Source: Camelus ferus
Lineage: Eukaryota
Assembly (NCBI RefSeq): GCF_009834535.1
Contig: NC_045696.1
Location: 83,640,001-83,704,000, forward strand
Direction: 5' to 3'
Length of the DNA stretch: 64,000 nt
The notes beneath the pieces were generated by a model. It saw only the letters and a program-made list of their open reading frames with translations, was not told the DNA's origin and did no database searches. Shown piece by piece: positions 39,160 through 51,319 of this stretch. How positions within the stretch are numbered: position 1 is the stretch's first letter; each line of letters opens with the position of its first letter. The position numbers and the translations under genes are program-made.

Positions 39160-39610
39160 TTTAGTAAGACGCTTACATCTCAGAACATGGTCCATCTTGG
39201 TAAATAGTTCCTGTGCACTTAAAAAAACAAACATGATTCTGTTGTTGTTTGGGTGGAATGTTCTATAAACGTCAATTAGGTCATGTAGGTTGATAGTATT
39301 CCTCGGGTCTTTTACATCCTTACAGATTTTCTAGCTATTTATTGTATCCAGTACTGAGAAAAGACTGTTGAAGGCTCTGACTAGAATTGCAGATTTGTCT
39401 ATTTCTCCTTGTTCTATAGTTTTTGCTTCGTGTATTTAGAAGACCTGCTATTAGGTGCATAAACATTTGGGATTATGATGTCCTCTTGATAAACTGACCC
39501 CTTTATCATCATGAAATGACCACGTTTATTCTTGATAATATTCTTTTCTCTAAAATCTACTTTGACAACATAGCCACTCTGTCTTCCTTTTGATTAGTGT
39601 TGTCATGGTG
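39160..39610 (-). mobile_element. Old L1 ORF2 endonuclease-region fragment
   Basis: catggtccatcttggtaaatagttcctgtgcactt, gggtggaatgttctataaacgtcaattaggtc, tgacccctttatcatcatgaaatgacc. Confidence 0.85.
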
Positions 39611-40074
39611 TATTTCTCTCTTTTTTTTTTTTTTTTATTTCTTTATTTTTAAACCTTTCTATTTTGAAGTAATTCTAGATTTAGAGAAAAGTTGCAAAAA
39701 TCGTTCTTGTGTACCCTTCACCCAGCTTTCCCTAATGCAAAATACCTCTGCAGTCTCCCGGTTTTGTCTCCTCTGTTAGGGAGATGACCGCGTGCCACCT
39801 GACTCCTCCTGCTCCGACCTGCTGCCTTCTCTCCAGGCAGTAGTTAGAGCAATCATTAGGTTCACCTCTTCCGTTTCCTCACTCTGTGGGATTACTTCTG
39901 CCTGATGCCTTACACCTAAACCATTGTTTCATATATTTTGTACAGGTTTCTAGTTATTTCAGGCTGTAGTATAAATCTGACCCCTTATAAAGTATTTTGA
40001 AACTAACTTTCAGTAGTTTTTTTTTTTCACTTAGCCTCCATCATATCATGGAATGTTCTTTTCTATCGTTGTTG

Positions 40075-40783
40075 TTTAATCAAAGTAGAATTGATTTACA
40101 ATATTGTGTTAGTTTCAGGTGTATAGCAAAGTGATTCAGTTACACATATACTTTTCAGATCATTTTTCATTATAGGTTATTATCAGATATTGAATATAGT
40201 TCCCTGCAAGATACAGTAAATCCTCATTGCTTGTCTATTTTACATATAGTAGCTTGTATCTGTTAATGCCATACTCCTAATTTATTCCTCCCTTTTCCCC
40301 AGCCACATGTTTGTTTTCCACATCTGTGAGTCTGTTTGTTTTGTATATAGATTCATTTGTATTGTGTTTTAGATTCCATATTTAAGTGATACAAGATTTG
40401 TCTTTCCCTGTATGTATACTTCACTTAGTATGATAATCCCTAGGTCCATCCACGTAGTTGCAAATGGCATTATTTAATTCTTACGGCTGAGTAACATTCC
40501 TTTGTATATATATACCGCATCTTCTTTGTCCGTTTATCTGTTGACGGACACTTAGGTTGTTTCCATGTCTTGGCCATTGCAAGTAGTGCTGTTATGAACA
40601 GTGGGGTGCGTGCATCTCTTCGAATTAGAGTTTTCATCTTTTCTGGATATATGCCCAGGAGCAGGATTGCTGGATTATATGAATGCTCTATTTTTGGTTT
40701 TCTAGGGAACTTCCATACTGTTTCCCATAGTGGCTACACCAACCTGCCTTCCCACCAACAGTGTAGGAGGCTTCCCTTTTCTC
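40075..40783 (-). mobile_element. L1 3' end (ORF2 C-terminus plus 3' UTR, artiodactyl type)
   Basis: attgatttacaatattgtgttagtttcaggtgtatagcaaagtgattc...gacacttaggttgtttccatgtcttggc...cccaccaacagtgtaggagg. Confidence 0.9.
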
Positions 40784-41254
40784 ATGGAGTATACTTTGAA
40801 AACACCTGTAAAGCAGATCCATCAGTGCTCCATTCATATTTGCTTGGAGACCTTTACCACGTCCTGCACAGTGGCTTCCAGTGTGCTTTCATGCCCACAG
40901 CCAGCACCTGTAACTCAGGCTGTGGAGGCCACTTTGATGTCTGCACATAAAGGGCAGGGAAATTCCTGGGAATTTACTCCCCTCCATCTCACCCTTAATT
41001 AATAACCCCATGGAGCAGAAATATAAATATGCCAGCTCCCAGGCTCCTGATGGGAACAACTCTGGGGTATGAGCTATACTTCCTCCAGAGCTCTTCTGAG
41101 AGACTGAGCAAAAGTTACTTTCTATGGGACTGCTTGTTGCCATCCTTTCTGCTACTATATTGATTTTTCAGAGAAATGCTTCCTAATGGTTATTTCACAT
41201 AATTCCTTTTTCCAGGGACCCTTTCTGAGGATTCTAAGGTAGAAAAACCAGTTT

Positions 41255-41830
41255 TAATGGCTGATTAATATTTTAATATACCATTTATACCATAATTTAT
41301 TTAACTATTTCCCAATAGTTCAGCATTTAGATTGTTCCTGTTTTTCTCTATAACTAGCTTCGAAATGATTATCTTTGCATGCAAAAATGTTTTCTTGTGT
41401 TCTAGATTACTTTCCATGGATAGGTTCCTGGAAAGGGAAATTACTAAATCAAAAGGCATGAATATTTTACAGTGCTTGATCTGTATCGTCAATCTGCTTT
41501 CCAGAAAATGTGTAAGCAATTCATAGTTATCCCTGTAGCATATCTTTTAAAAATATTTTTACCACATTAAGCTAATCTCAATGTAAACTTTTTTTAAAGA
41601 CTTGCTAATTTTATTAGTTATGAGATTGTTAGTGTTGTTTTCATTTGTTTTCCTTTGTGATTTCTTCTAAAGCTTCCCTGCCTAGAAAGTTGTAGCACAT
41701 TTAAAATCAAATGAATTTGACTTAACATTTTCTCCTAGAACTTTTTTCTCTCTTTTCTGTGCCTCTCTTTAACATTTCTCTTGTGAACCCCTCTGTTATT
41801 TACTTTGACATATGGTGGATACCAAAAATA
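41255..41830 (-). mobile_element. Ancient L1ME-type 3' fragment
   Basis: taccataatttatttaactattt, ggataggttcctggaaagggaaattactaaatcaaaaggcatgaatatttt, tgctttccagaaa. Confidence 0.65.
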
Positions 41831-42650
41831 GACTCCATCTTGCGTGCCAAGTTTACTCACTCATTCAATAAAGATATATTCAGTGTTTACTAGGTACCAG
41901 GCACAGTGCTAGACGTGATTGTTAGAGGCAAATGTTGAGAGGGATACTAGAGTCTCAAATGAAGTTATTCAGTGGGCGTGTGCACTTAACTGCCAATGGT
42001 GGGGGAGAGGAGGGAGGGGAAATGCATGGACTAGCAGCCTAGTGCTGGGAACTTGGCCCTCTTTTTGTATAGTGTGCTATCCACTCGATCCTTAGAGAAA
42101 AGCAAATCTTAAGATCAGGGTATATGCTCAATAATGTTAAAAGTTGTGAATGAGTAGAAAGCATCATTATCCTATAGAGAATAAATAGATTTTCAAGAGC
42201 AATTAAAAATATCTGCCTTTTTCCCTCTTCATTTAATTACTTAAAAGTAGTAAGTAGCATTCTTTTCTACTAGCTCCTTTTCAAAATGTTTAAGTGTATG
42301 CTAATCCAAAAACAGACTCCAAAACCAAACTTTTCCTCAACTTAGTTTCTTCCTCGAAATCCCCCCAATCTATCTTCCTTCTCAGCCAAACATATTGAAA
42401 GAGGAGCCCACCCTTACTACTCCTTTTCCCTTACTTGTCTGCTACTCATTTACTCCCCAACATATGGCAAGCTTCCACCCCAGTCGGTTAACTTTATGGC
42501 CTTGTTTAGGTTTTATCTTAACTTGTCCTCTCTGTAACTCTATTACACCCCCCCTCTCTTCCTAAGACTTTTGCTTTCACTGTTCCTTCTCTCATATACC
42601 TTTGGTTGAATCACCAGTTCCTCCTTTTATCTCACTAGCATTTGAGACGA

Positions 42651-43345
42651 CAGTAGGAGCCCTTAACTCCAGGAAACGAACTCACTGGATTAGGGGAGGC
42701 TCTCCCTCTCCCTGCAAATCAGTTCCGCCCCCACCACCCTTCAGGGCTGAAGACCCCCAGCACAACAACTAACCTCCAGCTGGCCTGAGCACGCCGACTG
42801 GGCTGGATGCTCAGTAGAGGCAAATAGTTTGTTCTAAAAACCGTTTATGCAATCACACTTGCTATTTTTATTATGTAATTTAACCAAATATTATGTAAAC
42901 TAATGAGATATGAGAGTGGAAAAAAAGTTGTTTCTATGAAAATGAATATATGTGGTTTGGAAAAGCTCCATAATGGCTGGTAGCTTACAGAAAAATTGTA
43001 GTCAAATTAGGTGAAACACAAGGCCAAGGAAAAAGTTTTTCAGCTCTAGACATATGTTACATTGAGTGGCTTTACCATGCACGTGTCTTTAAGTTCCTGC
43101 ACCACTCAGTGAAGCTGCAACTGGAATCTGAAAGATGCTCTGAGGCTTAAAAGATGAAGCTGAGCTCCAACCAACAGCAGATCCACACACAAAGCAAAGA
43201 CCTTGGCCCCACATCAAGAGAGGATTAAAGGAAAGTAGGTATTTATGTTTTAGGATGTTTATGCATCACTCATGTTTCCCAGCTGTAAGTGACTCTACTG
43301 ATTAACCTGTTCCAACTGCCTTGTCTAAAAGGCCTTCTTTAGAAA
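42651..43345 (+). mobile_element. Tigger (Tc1/mariner-pogo) non-autonomous element, Tigger13a-like
   Basis: gttgtttctatgaaaa...ttggaaaagctc...aaaaattgtagtcaaattaggtg...gtgtctttaagttc...aaagaccttggccccacatcaa, a decayed CENP-B-type HTH coding remnant. Confidence 0.7.
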
Positions 43346-44363
43346 TAGCCTGATTATATCATGAGGCCTCTTCTTTCCTTGCTCTGCAGTCCCCTTGAGA
43401 AATTTAATTTCCAACCAGAACTTCAGTTTAGCCTTTAAACAAATAAGCACCACATCTGCAGGCTCTTCACAGAGGGGTCCATGGTTCATTGATCATCAGA
43501 TCCCCACCTTCTGCTGCCCTCCCTGCATTGTGCCTTGTGCACAGTAACTGCTTCAAAACTTGTTGAGATTTAAAGCGTAATGAAAATGCAAGTCCATATA
43601 TCATAAGCTGAGAATTAGAAATCTGGCTGAAATAGGGGTGCTACAAGAAATGTCCTTTGTTTTGAATTCATAATTTTACCCCTTCTTGACAATTAAAGAA
43701 AAGAAGCTCCATGGATAATTATCATTGGAAAATTATCATTTTTAACTGGCAGCTGAAGCTAACTTTTTTAACAAATCTGCAGTTTCCCATAAACGTACCA
43801 ACAAATTTAGGTGGACAATGACGAGTACCTCTACAGCTTTCAATTTTACCTAAATGAAGTCTGAAGGTTTGCAAACCTCTTGAATCCTGTGGGCTTATTC
43901 TTTCTGAAGCAAATTCCTCTGAACTAGGTGGGACAGATATGATTATCTCTTCCACTTTACAGATGAGAGAATTAATGGTGCTTGACTTACTCTTGACCTT
44001 ATAGTTTGTGACTTAAATGGGATTTGGACCCAGGCACTGGGCATCTTGAGTCACCCTTTAAACGTTCCCAAGCCCCTTTACAACTGGGCAGGAGAATCAG
44101 GAACTAAATAGTAAAAAGTCAAACTATTTCGTCCACAATTATCACGCCTCCTCTCATCAGGCTGTCTAGGATTCTGCCATTAGAGTTCAGCCCTTTAATT
44201 TAACACATCTTCCCACAAAATTCTTGGGAGGAATAAGAAGTTAATAATTCATTCTTTAATATCCTTCTATTAATTAATAGACTCAATTTGCTTTCCTTTG
44301 ATTAAGTAATTACTTGAGGAAAAGGAAAAGACAGTAATGGGCATTTTGAGAAAGAATTCTTTT

Positions 44364-46267
44364 CTTTTTTCTTTTTTTTTTTTTTTTTGTATTTTTTAAA
44401 ACTGAAGTTTAATTAGGCTGAGCCCCACTGCTCTGTCTTCCAGGTTGCTGTCCTGTTCTTTGCTTCATCTAGTCTGCTGTTGAAACCCTGCAGTGTATTT
44501 TTCAGTTCACTTACTGTATTCTTCAGTTCTGTGACTTCTGTTTGGCACTTTCTTACATTTTCTATCTGTTTGTTGAAGTTTTCACTGTGTTTATCCATTC
44601 TTCCTCCCAGTTTGGTGAGCATTTTTATGACCAATACTTCGAACTCTTTATCTGGCAGGTTACTTATCTTCATTTCAGTCTTTTTTCTGAAGTTTTGTCT
44701 TGTTCTTTCATTTGGAACATATTCCTCTGTTTCCTCATTTTGCTTGACTATCTGTGTTTATTTTTACACATCAGATGCAACAACTCCCTCTCCCAGTCTT
44801 AAGGGCTGGCCTCGTGTAGGTGATGAACCTTATAGTTCAACCTTGTCCTACCTCTTGGCAATCTCTCAAACATTTTTTTGATTGTCTGAGCAGCCTGATT
44901 TATTCTTAATAGATTCCATTTGTTGATGGTGTGCGAAGACCTGTCAGTGTTCCAAAGGGAGGAACTTCAGTCAGGCTGATTGGAAGCCAGCCCCTCAGGC
45001 AGCATTTTTTAAAGTATAGCAGATATATATGGTCCTATGGGACTTCATTCATAAACTCTGCTGGTCTTTAGACCAGTTGATCTGGAAGTCTCCCATGGGT
45101 GACAGGTGCAAAAACTGGGGCTTCATGCAAGTGTATAAGCTCCTCTCTGGGAAGTACCAGTGAACTGTAGTGAGGCCAAGGAAGAACACAAAGATGGTTC
45201 CTCCAGATTACATGCCCGAGAGCACCTCTGAAGCCTCTAGATATGTGGTAAACCCATGTCTGCCCAGAGGCTGATGCTTTAGGATAAGTAAATAGGCCTT
45301 TTTACAGGCAGACTGGCGGGGGGGGGGGGGGGGGGTGTTTCAGTCTAACGTCTGTGCAGTGCCCTGGGGGTGGCAGCCAGCCAAGAACTGTCTCTCTAGT
45401 TGTTTTAGTCCTGTGGGGCCAGAAATGCAAGCCCCAGCGACCAGAGCCAGGCAATCACAGAACGTTTCCTGTGTGGATCACGTTTGCCTGCGGCTTTCGC
45501 GAGGCAGCAGGAGAGTGCAGGGTCAGGGCATGCCTCAGCCTTATCAAGGCTGGGAGAGAGCTCAGGGCTGGGGAGCACCCACTGCTTTTTGTAAGGGAGT
45601 GGAAGAGCACAGGCATGGGGCATGCCTCAGGCTTCAGTGGGGAAGCTGGGGAGGTCTGTGACTACATGAGCCTGAGGTACTAGCAAAGCAGAGGGAGAGT
45701 AATGCAAAAATGGTGCCCACCAGTGCCTCTGTCCTCATGGAGAGTCCCAGTAGGCCCCTGGCCCTCCAGCAGATGCTTTGAGATTAGCCAATGAATCTTC
45801 ATCACAAACAGGCTAGGCACTTTTCAGTCTCCTTTTATGCTGGGTCCTGCGGAAAGTGAATCTGCACACAAGCCCACTAAGGGCAGAATCTCAGTTCCGC
45901 ACAGCCCTATGGGTCCCCCAGGTGTAAGCCCCATTGGTTTTGCAAAGCCAGGAGTTCTGGGGGCTCTTCTCTCCAGTGCAGGTCCCAGGGGTTAGGGGTG
46001 TCTGATGTGGTGCATGAACCCTTTACTCCTCAGGGAAAAGCTCCGTATTTGTGACATTCCCTCCTGATTGTGGGTCACCGTGCAGAGGGTGGGTTTTTGG
46101 TGAGATTGTATCTCTGCCTCTCCTACCTGTCTGCATGTGGCTCTTTCTTCCTTTGTTGTGGAGAAGCTGTTCAACTAGCTTTTCAGGTCTTTTTCAGAAG
46201 GAATTGTTCCATATGTGTGTCCACGAGAAGTGAATTCAGGCCATCTTGAACTCCCTCTCAAGACTGT
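44364..46267 (-). mobile_element. L1 5' UTR plus ORF1 N-terminus followed directly by an A-rich tail
   Basis: Minus-strand start gagagggagttcaagatggcc (YY1-type L1 5' end); ORF 44413-44673 encodes ORF1p-like NLPDKEFEVLVIKMLTKL...ELKNTLQGFNSRLDEA; T tract at 44364-44398. Confidence 0.85.
45318..45335 (+). repeat. G18 homopolymer
   Basis: 18 consecutive G within the L1 5' UTR. Confidence 0.9.
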
Positions 46268-47441
46268 GGAAGGATTATTTTAGGTCAGTATACTTGGTCT
46301 TCAAGCAGGAAAGTCCAATGTATACAGTGTGGGTGGGAAGTGGGGAATGTCATTGGCACAGGGCACAGTCATTGGCGAGGATTCTGGGAAGCCAAAGGTA
46401 GTTATGAGGATGCTGGATGCCAGGAGTTGAACAGTTGAACTAGAGAATAGACTAGAAGGAGCAGAGCAACACAAGACAAATGATTCTATTTCATAGTCTT
46501 AATTTGAGCAGAACTTTATCCTGAGGTAACTCGATTCTTCTTTATATTTATTTGAAAGTTTGTTCTACTTTATTTCTAAGTGAAAACACTGGCATTCCCT
46601 TTGTTTTGACTCAAAATTTTCCCGGAAACTAAAGCATAAAGCATGTTTACGAAGCTGATTATGATTTCCTTTAGGAATAGTTCTGAAACTGAATGTTGAA
46701 TATCTGACCCAGGGCTCAGCACTGGATACATCATAAGTATGACCAGCCATGTCTCATGACAATTAAGAAATTACTATTATTATAAATACCTATCATATAG
46801 CCTATTAAAATTATAATACCAACTATATAAAATGTCATGGATAAACCAAGCACCTCCTTTATACTAAAGAATCCAACTGTTCATTTAGAGGGGAACATTA
46901 AAAATGGATGTTTCATTGGCCACTGATCCGTTCCATGGCCCACCTGCTTATCTGAAATCTCTGCATTACTGAAGGCAGCGAGCTAGTGAAAAGGTGCCTG
47001 AACCAGGTGACAGAAGATTTGGGAAGTTCTCTTTACTTCTCAGTCCCACATATGGTCCCTTTTCCATTCATTCTAACATTCTGTGCAACTAAACTATTTT
47101 CTAAAATTAATATGCTAGCTATAATAAACATAAAGCAGCAAATTCAAAATAATTTCTTGTGCCACCTTAGAACTTGGAAGTTGAGGGTATGCTGGGTGGG
47201 CCCACTTTAGAAGGTTAAAGATGTCTGAAACGATAATTTCTCTTTCTTTAGCCTAGCTACACATCTTGCTGCAATAGGGCCTTCTAAATCATTTCCTCCA
47301 TTATCAAAGTAGTCTGTTCACAGAGTATTTACTGGCGGTGTTGATGGTGTGGTTTCTCTTATTGAAAAGCATTTTAGTTTTCACGTAATCATCTACTTTC
47401 CCCTTTACTCTCCTCTAACTCCTTAAATAGTTCAAAGTGAC

Positions 47442-47453
47442 CAAGATGGCGGC
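47442..47453 (+). promoter_or_regulatory. Candidate YY1 site
   Basis: CAAGATGGCGGC, an exact match to the YY1 consensus. Confidence 0.45.
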
Positions 47454-47834
47454 TTAGAGACAGATCTAAGCAAGGCACCACTAACACACTGAGGGGGGTT
47501 TCGATTGCTTTGTTATACACTTAGCCACAGACTTAGCTTGTTGATCTGCTAACAATGACCACTAGGTCATTAGTAAAATCTAATAAAAAAGAGTTATGAA
47601 ACATCTCTCACAGAATCCTCAAAAAGACAGAATACCTTGAATGTAGCTTCCTTTACCTCTCAACAGGTCAGGTATAGGTGGCATGCAGGAAGCCTGTGTG
47701 CTAAGTAGGTGAGAGCCAAAAGGGAAAGATAAATAGTGATGTTTCCTACAGAGAAAAAAAATAGTTGATTTCAGCAATTTTCACATGAGAAGGTTAAAAC
47801 TGGTTTATTGACACTGAAATGTCATTTAAAATTT

Positions 47835-47985
47835 TATTTACTCATTTTTCATTGAGATATAATTGACACATAGCATTATATTAGTTTCAGATGCACTACA
47901 TAATGATTTGATATCTTTTTATTGTGAAATGATCACTACAATAAGTCTAATTAACATCCATCACCACACTTAGATACATATTTTT
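47835..47985 (-). mobile_element. L1 3' terminus fragment
   Basis: attgagatataattgacacatagcattatattagtttcag...tgaaatgatcactacaataagtctaattaacatccatcacc. Confidence 0.75.
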
Positions 47986-50900
47986 AAAATATTATTTAAC
48001 GTCCATCACCTTTTTTTTAGTGTTGATTTCACTTGCAAATTAAAAAAAATACTGAATTCAATTGGAAGTAAAGAGATTTAAATGAAAAATTTACTCTAGG
48101 ATCCTGAACATTATTAATTTAAATTCATTTATTTTTATAAATTAGCTCAACTATATTTTTCTTGCCTTCCCCTATTTTGAAAATTAATAAATTTTATTAA
48201 AATGACAAATTTACTAAAACTGGAGAGAATCATAAGGTTCCCAAGTGTTACCTTAGCCCTTCTCAAATGTTAGGTCTTCAATCTCTCCAATTTCTTCCTG
48301 CCTGAGAAATAAAATACTAAATTGGTGAAATTTCTCAAGATGTACAATTTTTAAATTATACATATTGTTAAATATATGGCAATAAAAATATAATTATATA
48401 ATACTATTTTTTTACATGCTAAAGAAACAAAAGTGAAACAGAACTAACAACAAATTTAGCAAGACCAGTACCAACAGCTCATACCCAAAGGAAATGTTAC
48501 GTAAATTCAGCTCATAGGCCTTGGAGAGCTCCTGCAATGTCGGCCTCTGAAAAGCTCTATACTGGTATTTTCAAGAAACTAGCAGCATACTTCACCTTGG
48601 AAAAGTAATACTATAAAGACACTGCCATTAGCGATTTTATGTACTTCTACATACCCTTCTTGAATTTGAAATAATGGGTAAGTCCAGGTAATAATTTTTG
48701 TTCTCTTTCAAATTTTATGACTAAAATATTGAGTTGTGTTTTATCACCTACATTTATTATATTCTGTAGCGTCAGCCAGCAGCTTTAGGCAAAGAATACC
48801 TTTGGAGTCTGAAATCAGTAGGGAAAGAATCAGAGGTTTCAAATGAGTAATCATGTATGCCAGAAGCAGAGGAATTTTCCAAGATTCTGAAAAACAACCA
48901 AATGCTGCATACTGTGTAATACATGAGCAATAATTTTCCAGTCTTCTATACAATTTCTTTTTCTTTTGTGGCTAGGATAGTTATCTATTCACGTAGGAGC
49001 CAGGATTTTTGCTATAAAACTTAATTCCTTCCAGAGCAGTTTTTGGTAGTGTTTTCTGGAGGAAGAGTTTGTTTTGCGAATTGTACACAGACAACAGTAA
49101 GGAATTTTTAGTTATGAGGAATTCTGACGAGGTTGCAGGAATTATCCAGTCTCAATTTCTAAGAGACACACCTTTCTGAAAAAGTGAAATTTAAAAAGTG
49201 GTAGATTCAATAATTCAATAAGGCTATATATGACAGAACAAAACACGGAATCTTTAGATCTTTTTCTTTTTAAATTAGGTTCTCATTCTTATGGATAAGA
49301 TGTAATTTGTTAATATAACTTTAAAAAGAATGAGACTCTGGCTTCAACAGCAGATAGAGACGGAAAGAGCAGGATTCTGTCCTGGATAATAATCCTGTTG
49401 AGCTCCTGTCTTTCTAGAAGGTCCTAGAGCTATCCCAGTAACTTGATAAACTTTGCTTTCTTTATTAACCAGTGTATGAGCCTAATACTTAACCTGGCTG
49501 TGATAAGTGAGTATATTTGTAAATGAAAGCATTTAAAACCATATAATACAAATTATCATTTATTAGGGAAAAGCACATGCCAGGCACACTTAAGTTTTCA
49601 CGGTAGTATAAATGTCACAGGCTAGTGAAGCGATAAATTCGATTTATTTTATGGCTTTTAGTATCCTCTAACTTCAGAGTCCACCTAAAAAATTTCTACA
49701 TCAGGGTCTGCCTTTCTGTGGTATTTGGGGCTAAACAGATCTACCTTTATTTTGAGAAGTCACTGGCCATTATTGATAGTGATGACTAAAATCTGGTTAG
49801 AATACCATAAAATTATGCAGTATATGATAAATTCCATGACACTACTGAGGCATTTGAGAAATGATTTACTTTTTTAGAATTAGGTCACGAGCAGAAACAA
49901 AATTATCATTTATAAATAATCTCAATTTTTTTCCCCTCAAGTACGTAGAAAGAACTAGTGCATTATGGATTTTCTTTGAAGAGGTTTGTAGTTGTTATGT
50001 TTGCTTTACTTGTTTTTATACAGGGAACTTTTGTTGGCCTTTAAAGTGTAATTTAGCAACGTAACTGATGTATTTTTGCCACCAGTAAAACAAATACATA
50101 TGACAAAATAAATGCATACTCATTTCACTGTAAGATTTGTTTTTAAATTATTCTCTTTTCAGTCGGGGGAAAATACGAGATCTTTCTTTTTCCTCTCTGC
50201 CAAAGGCAAGCTGATTTCCACAACCCACGTGGAGAGTTGGGCGCTAAGTCTAGCGTGCTTGAGTCTCCCGGCTCGTGTGCTGCCATCTGTGGGCATACAC
50301 GCATCCGCGCGAGTACACCGGATGCGGCGAGACCCAGCAGGCGAGGCATCTCGGGCTCACTACGAAGATTGTGCTGACGAGGCGCGTGCCTGCCGCATCT
50401 GCCCACCCGGTAGGGAAAGGAAGAATGAGTGCTCGGTAGAGTGTACACAGTTGTTCCCACTCACTCTCTCCCACTTCATACACTAGTCCTCTCCTCATGT
50501 GCGTGCCAGGGGCTGCATCACAAACGCACACACTCCCAAGTACACACGCACGTGCGCACCGTATCTCGCCCAGCCGCAAGTCCGGACTCGTCCGGGGCAC
50601 ACTCCGACCTCCCTGCCGCCGGCTCCGCCGCCTCTCGCCACCGCTCGCACTTCACGTGGGTGCACCCCCGCGCCGGGCGGCCGCGCCGCCCACGGGGCCC
50701 CTCGCCGGCCCCCGCGCTGGAGGGAAGGCGCGGCCCTGAGGTCGGACGGACAAAGCCGGCGTCCAATCGAGCCCGGCACTGCCTCCCCGTAGGGAGGGAG
50801 CGGCGGCTCTGACGGGCCCAATGAGCGGGGAGCCCGAGTGGGACTTCCTCCCGGAATCCCGTTGGCCAGAATAGCGGGGCCGTGGGTGACACGTAAGTTG

Positions 50901-51295
50901 GGTGGGAGGCGGCGGCGGCCAAGGCTCCGCAACCCCATCAGTGACACCGGCCCGCCGGCCCCCAAACCCTGCCGGGGCAGCTGGTCCCCATCCCTCTACT
51001 CACCCCCACGGGCCGAGCGCGGAGTCGCCGCCCGGAGCCTGGCTCCCTTTGTTGGGCGTGCACCCCCTCCTTTTGGTGGCAGCGAAGTCGCGCAGTGGGA
51101 GCCGCCGCGAGGGGGCGGGGAGCTGCCGGGGCAGGACTCTGAGCGCCGCCGAAGGCAGCCGGGCCGAAAAGTGGGGAAGAGGGAAAAGGACAAGGCGGCG
51201 TCTGGAGACCGGCGCGGGGACAGCCCGCTCAGAAGTATGCGGAGGGCCCCCTCCCGGGCCCGGGCACTCGCGCAGAACCAGCGTCGCAAAAGTTT

Positions 51296-51319
51296 GGCGG
51301 CGGCGGCGGCGGCGGCGGC
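51296..51319 (+). repeat. (GGC)8 trinucleotide repeat upstream of the GOLIM4 start codon
   Basis: ggcggcggcggcggcggcggcggc. Confidence 0.95.
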
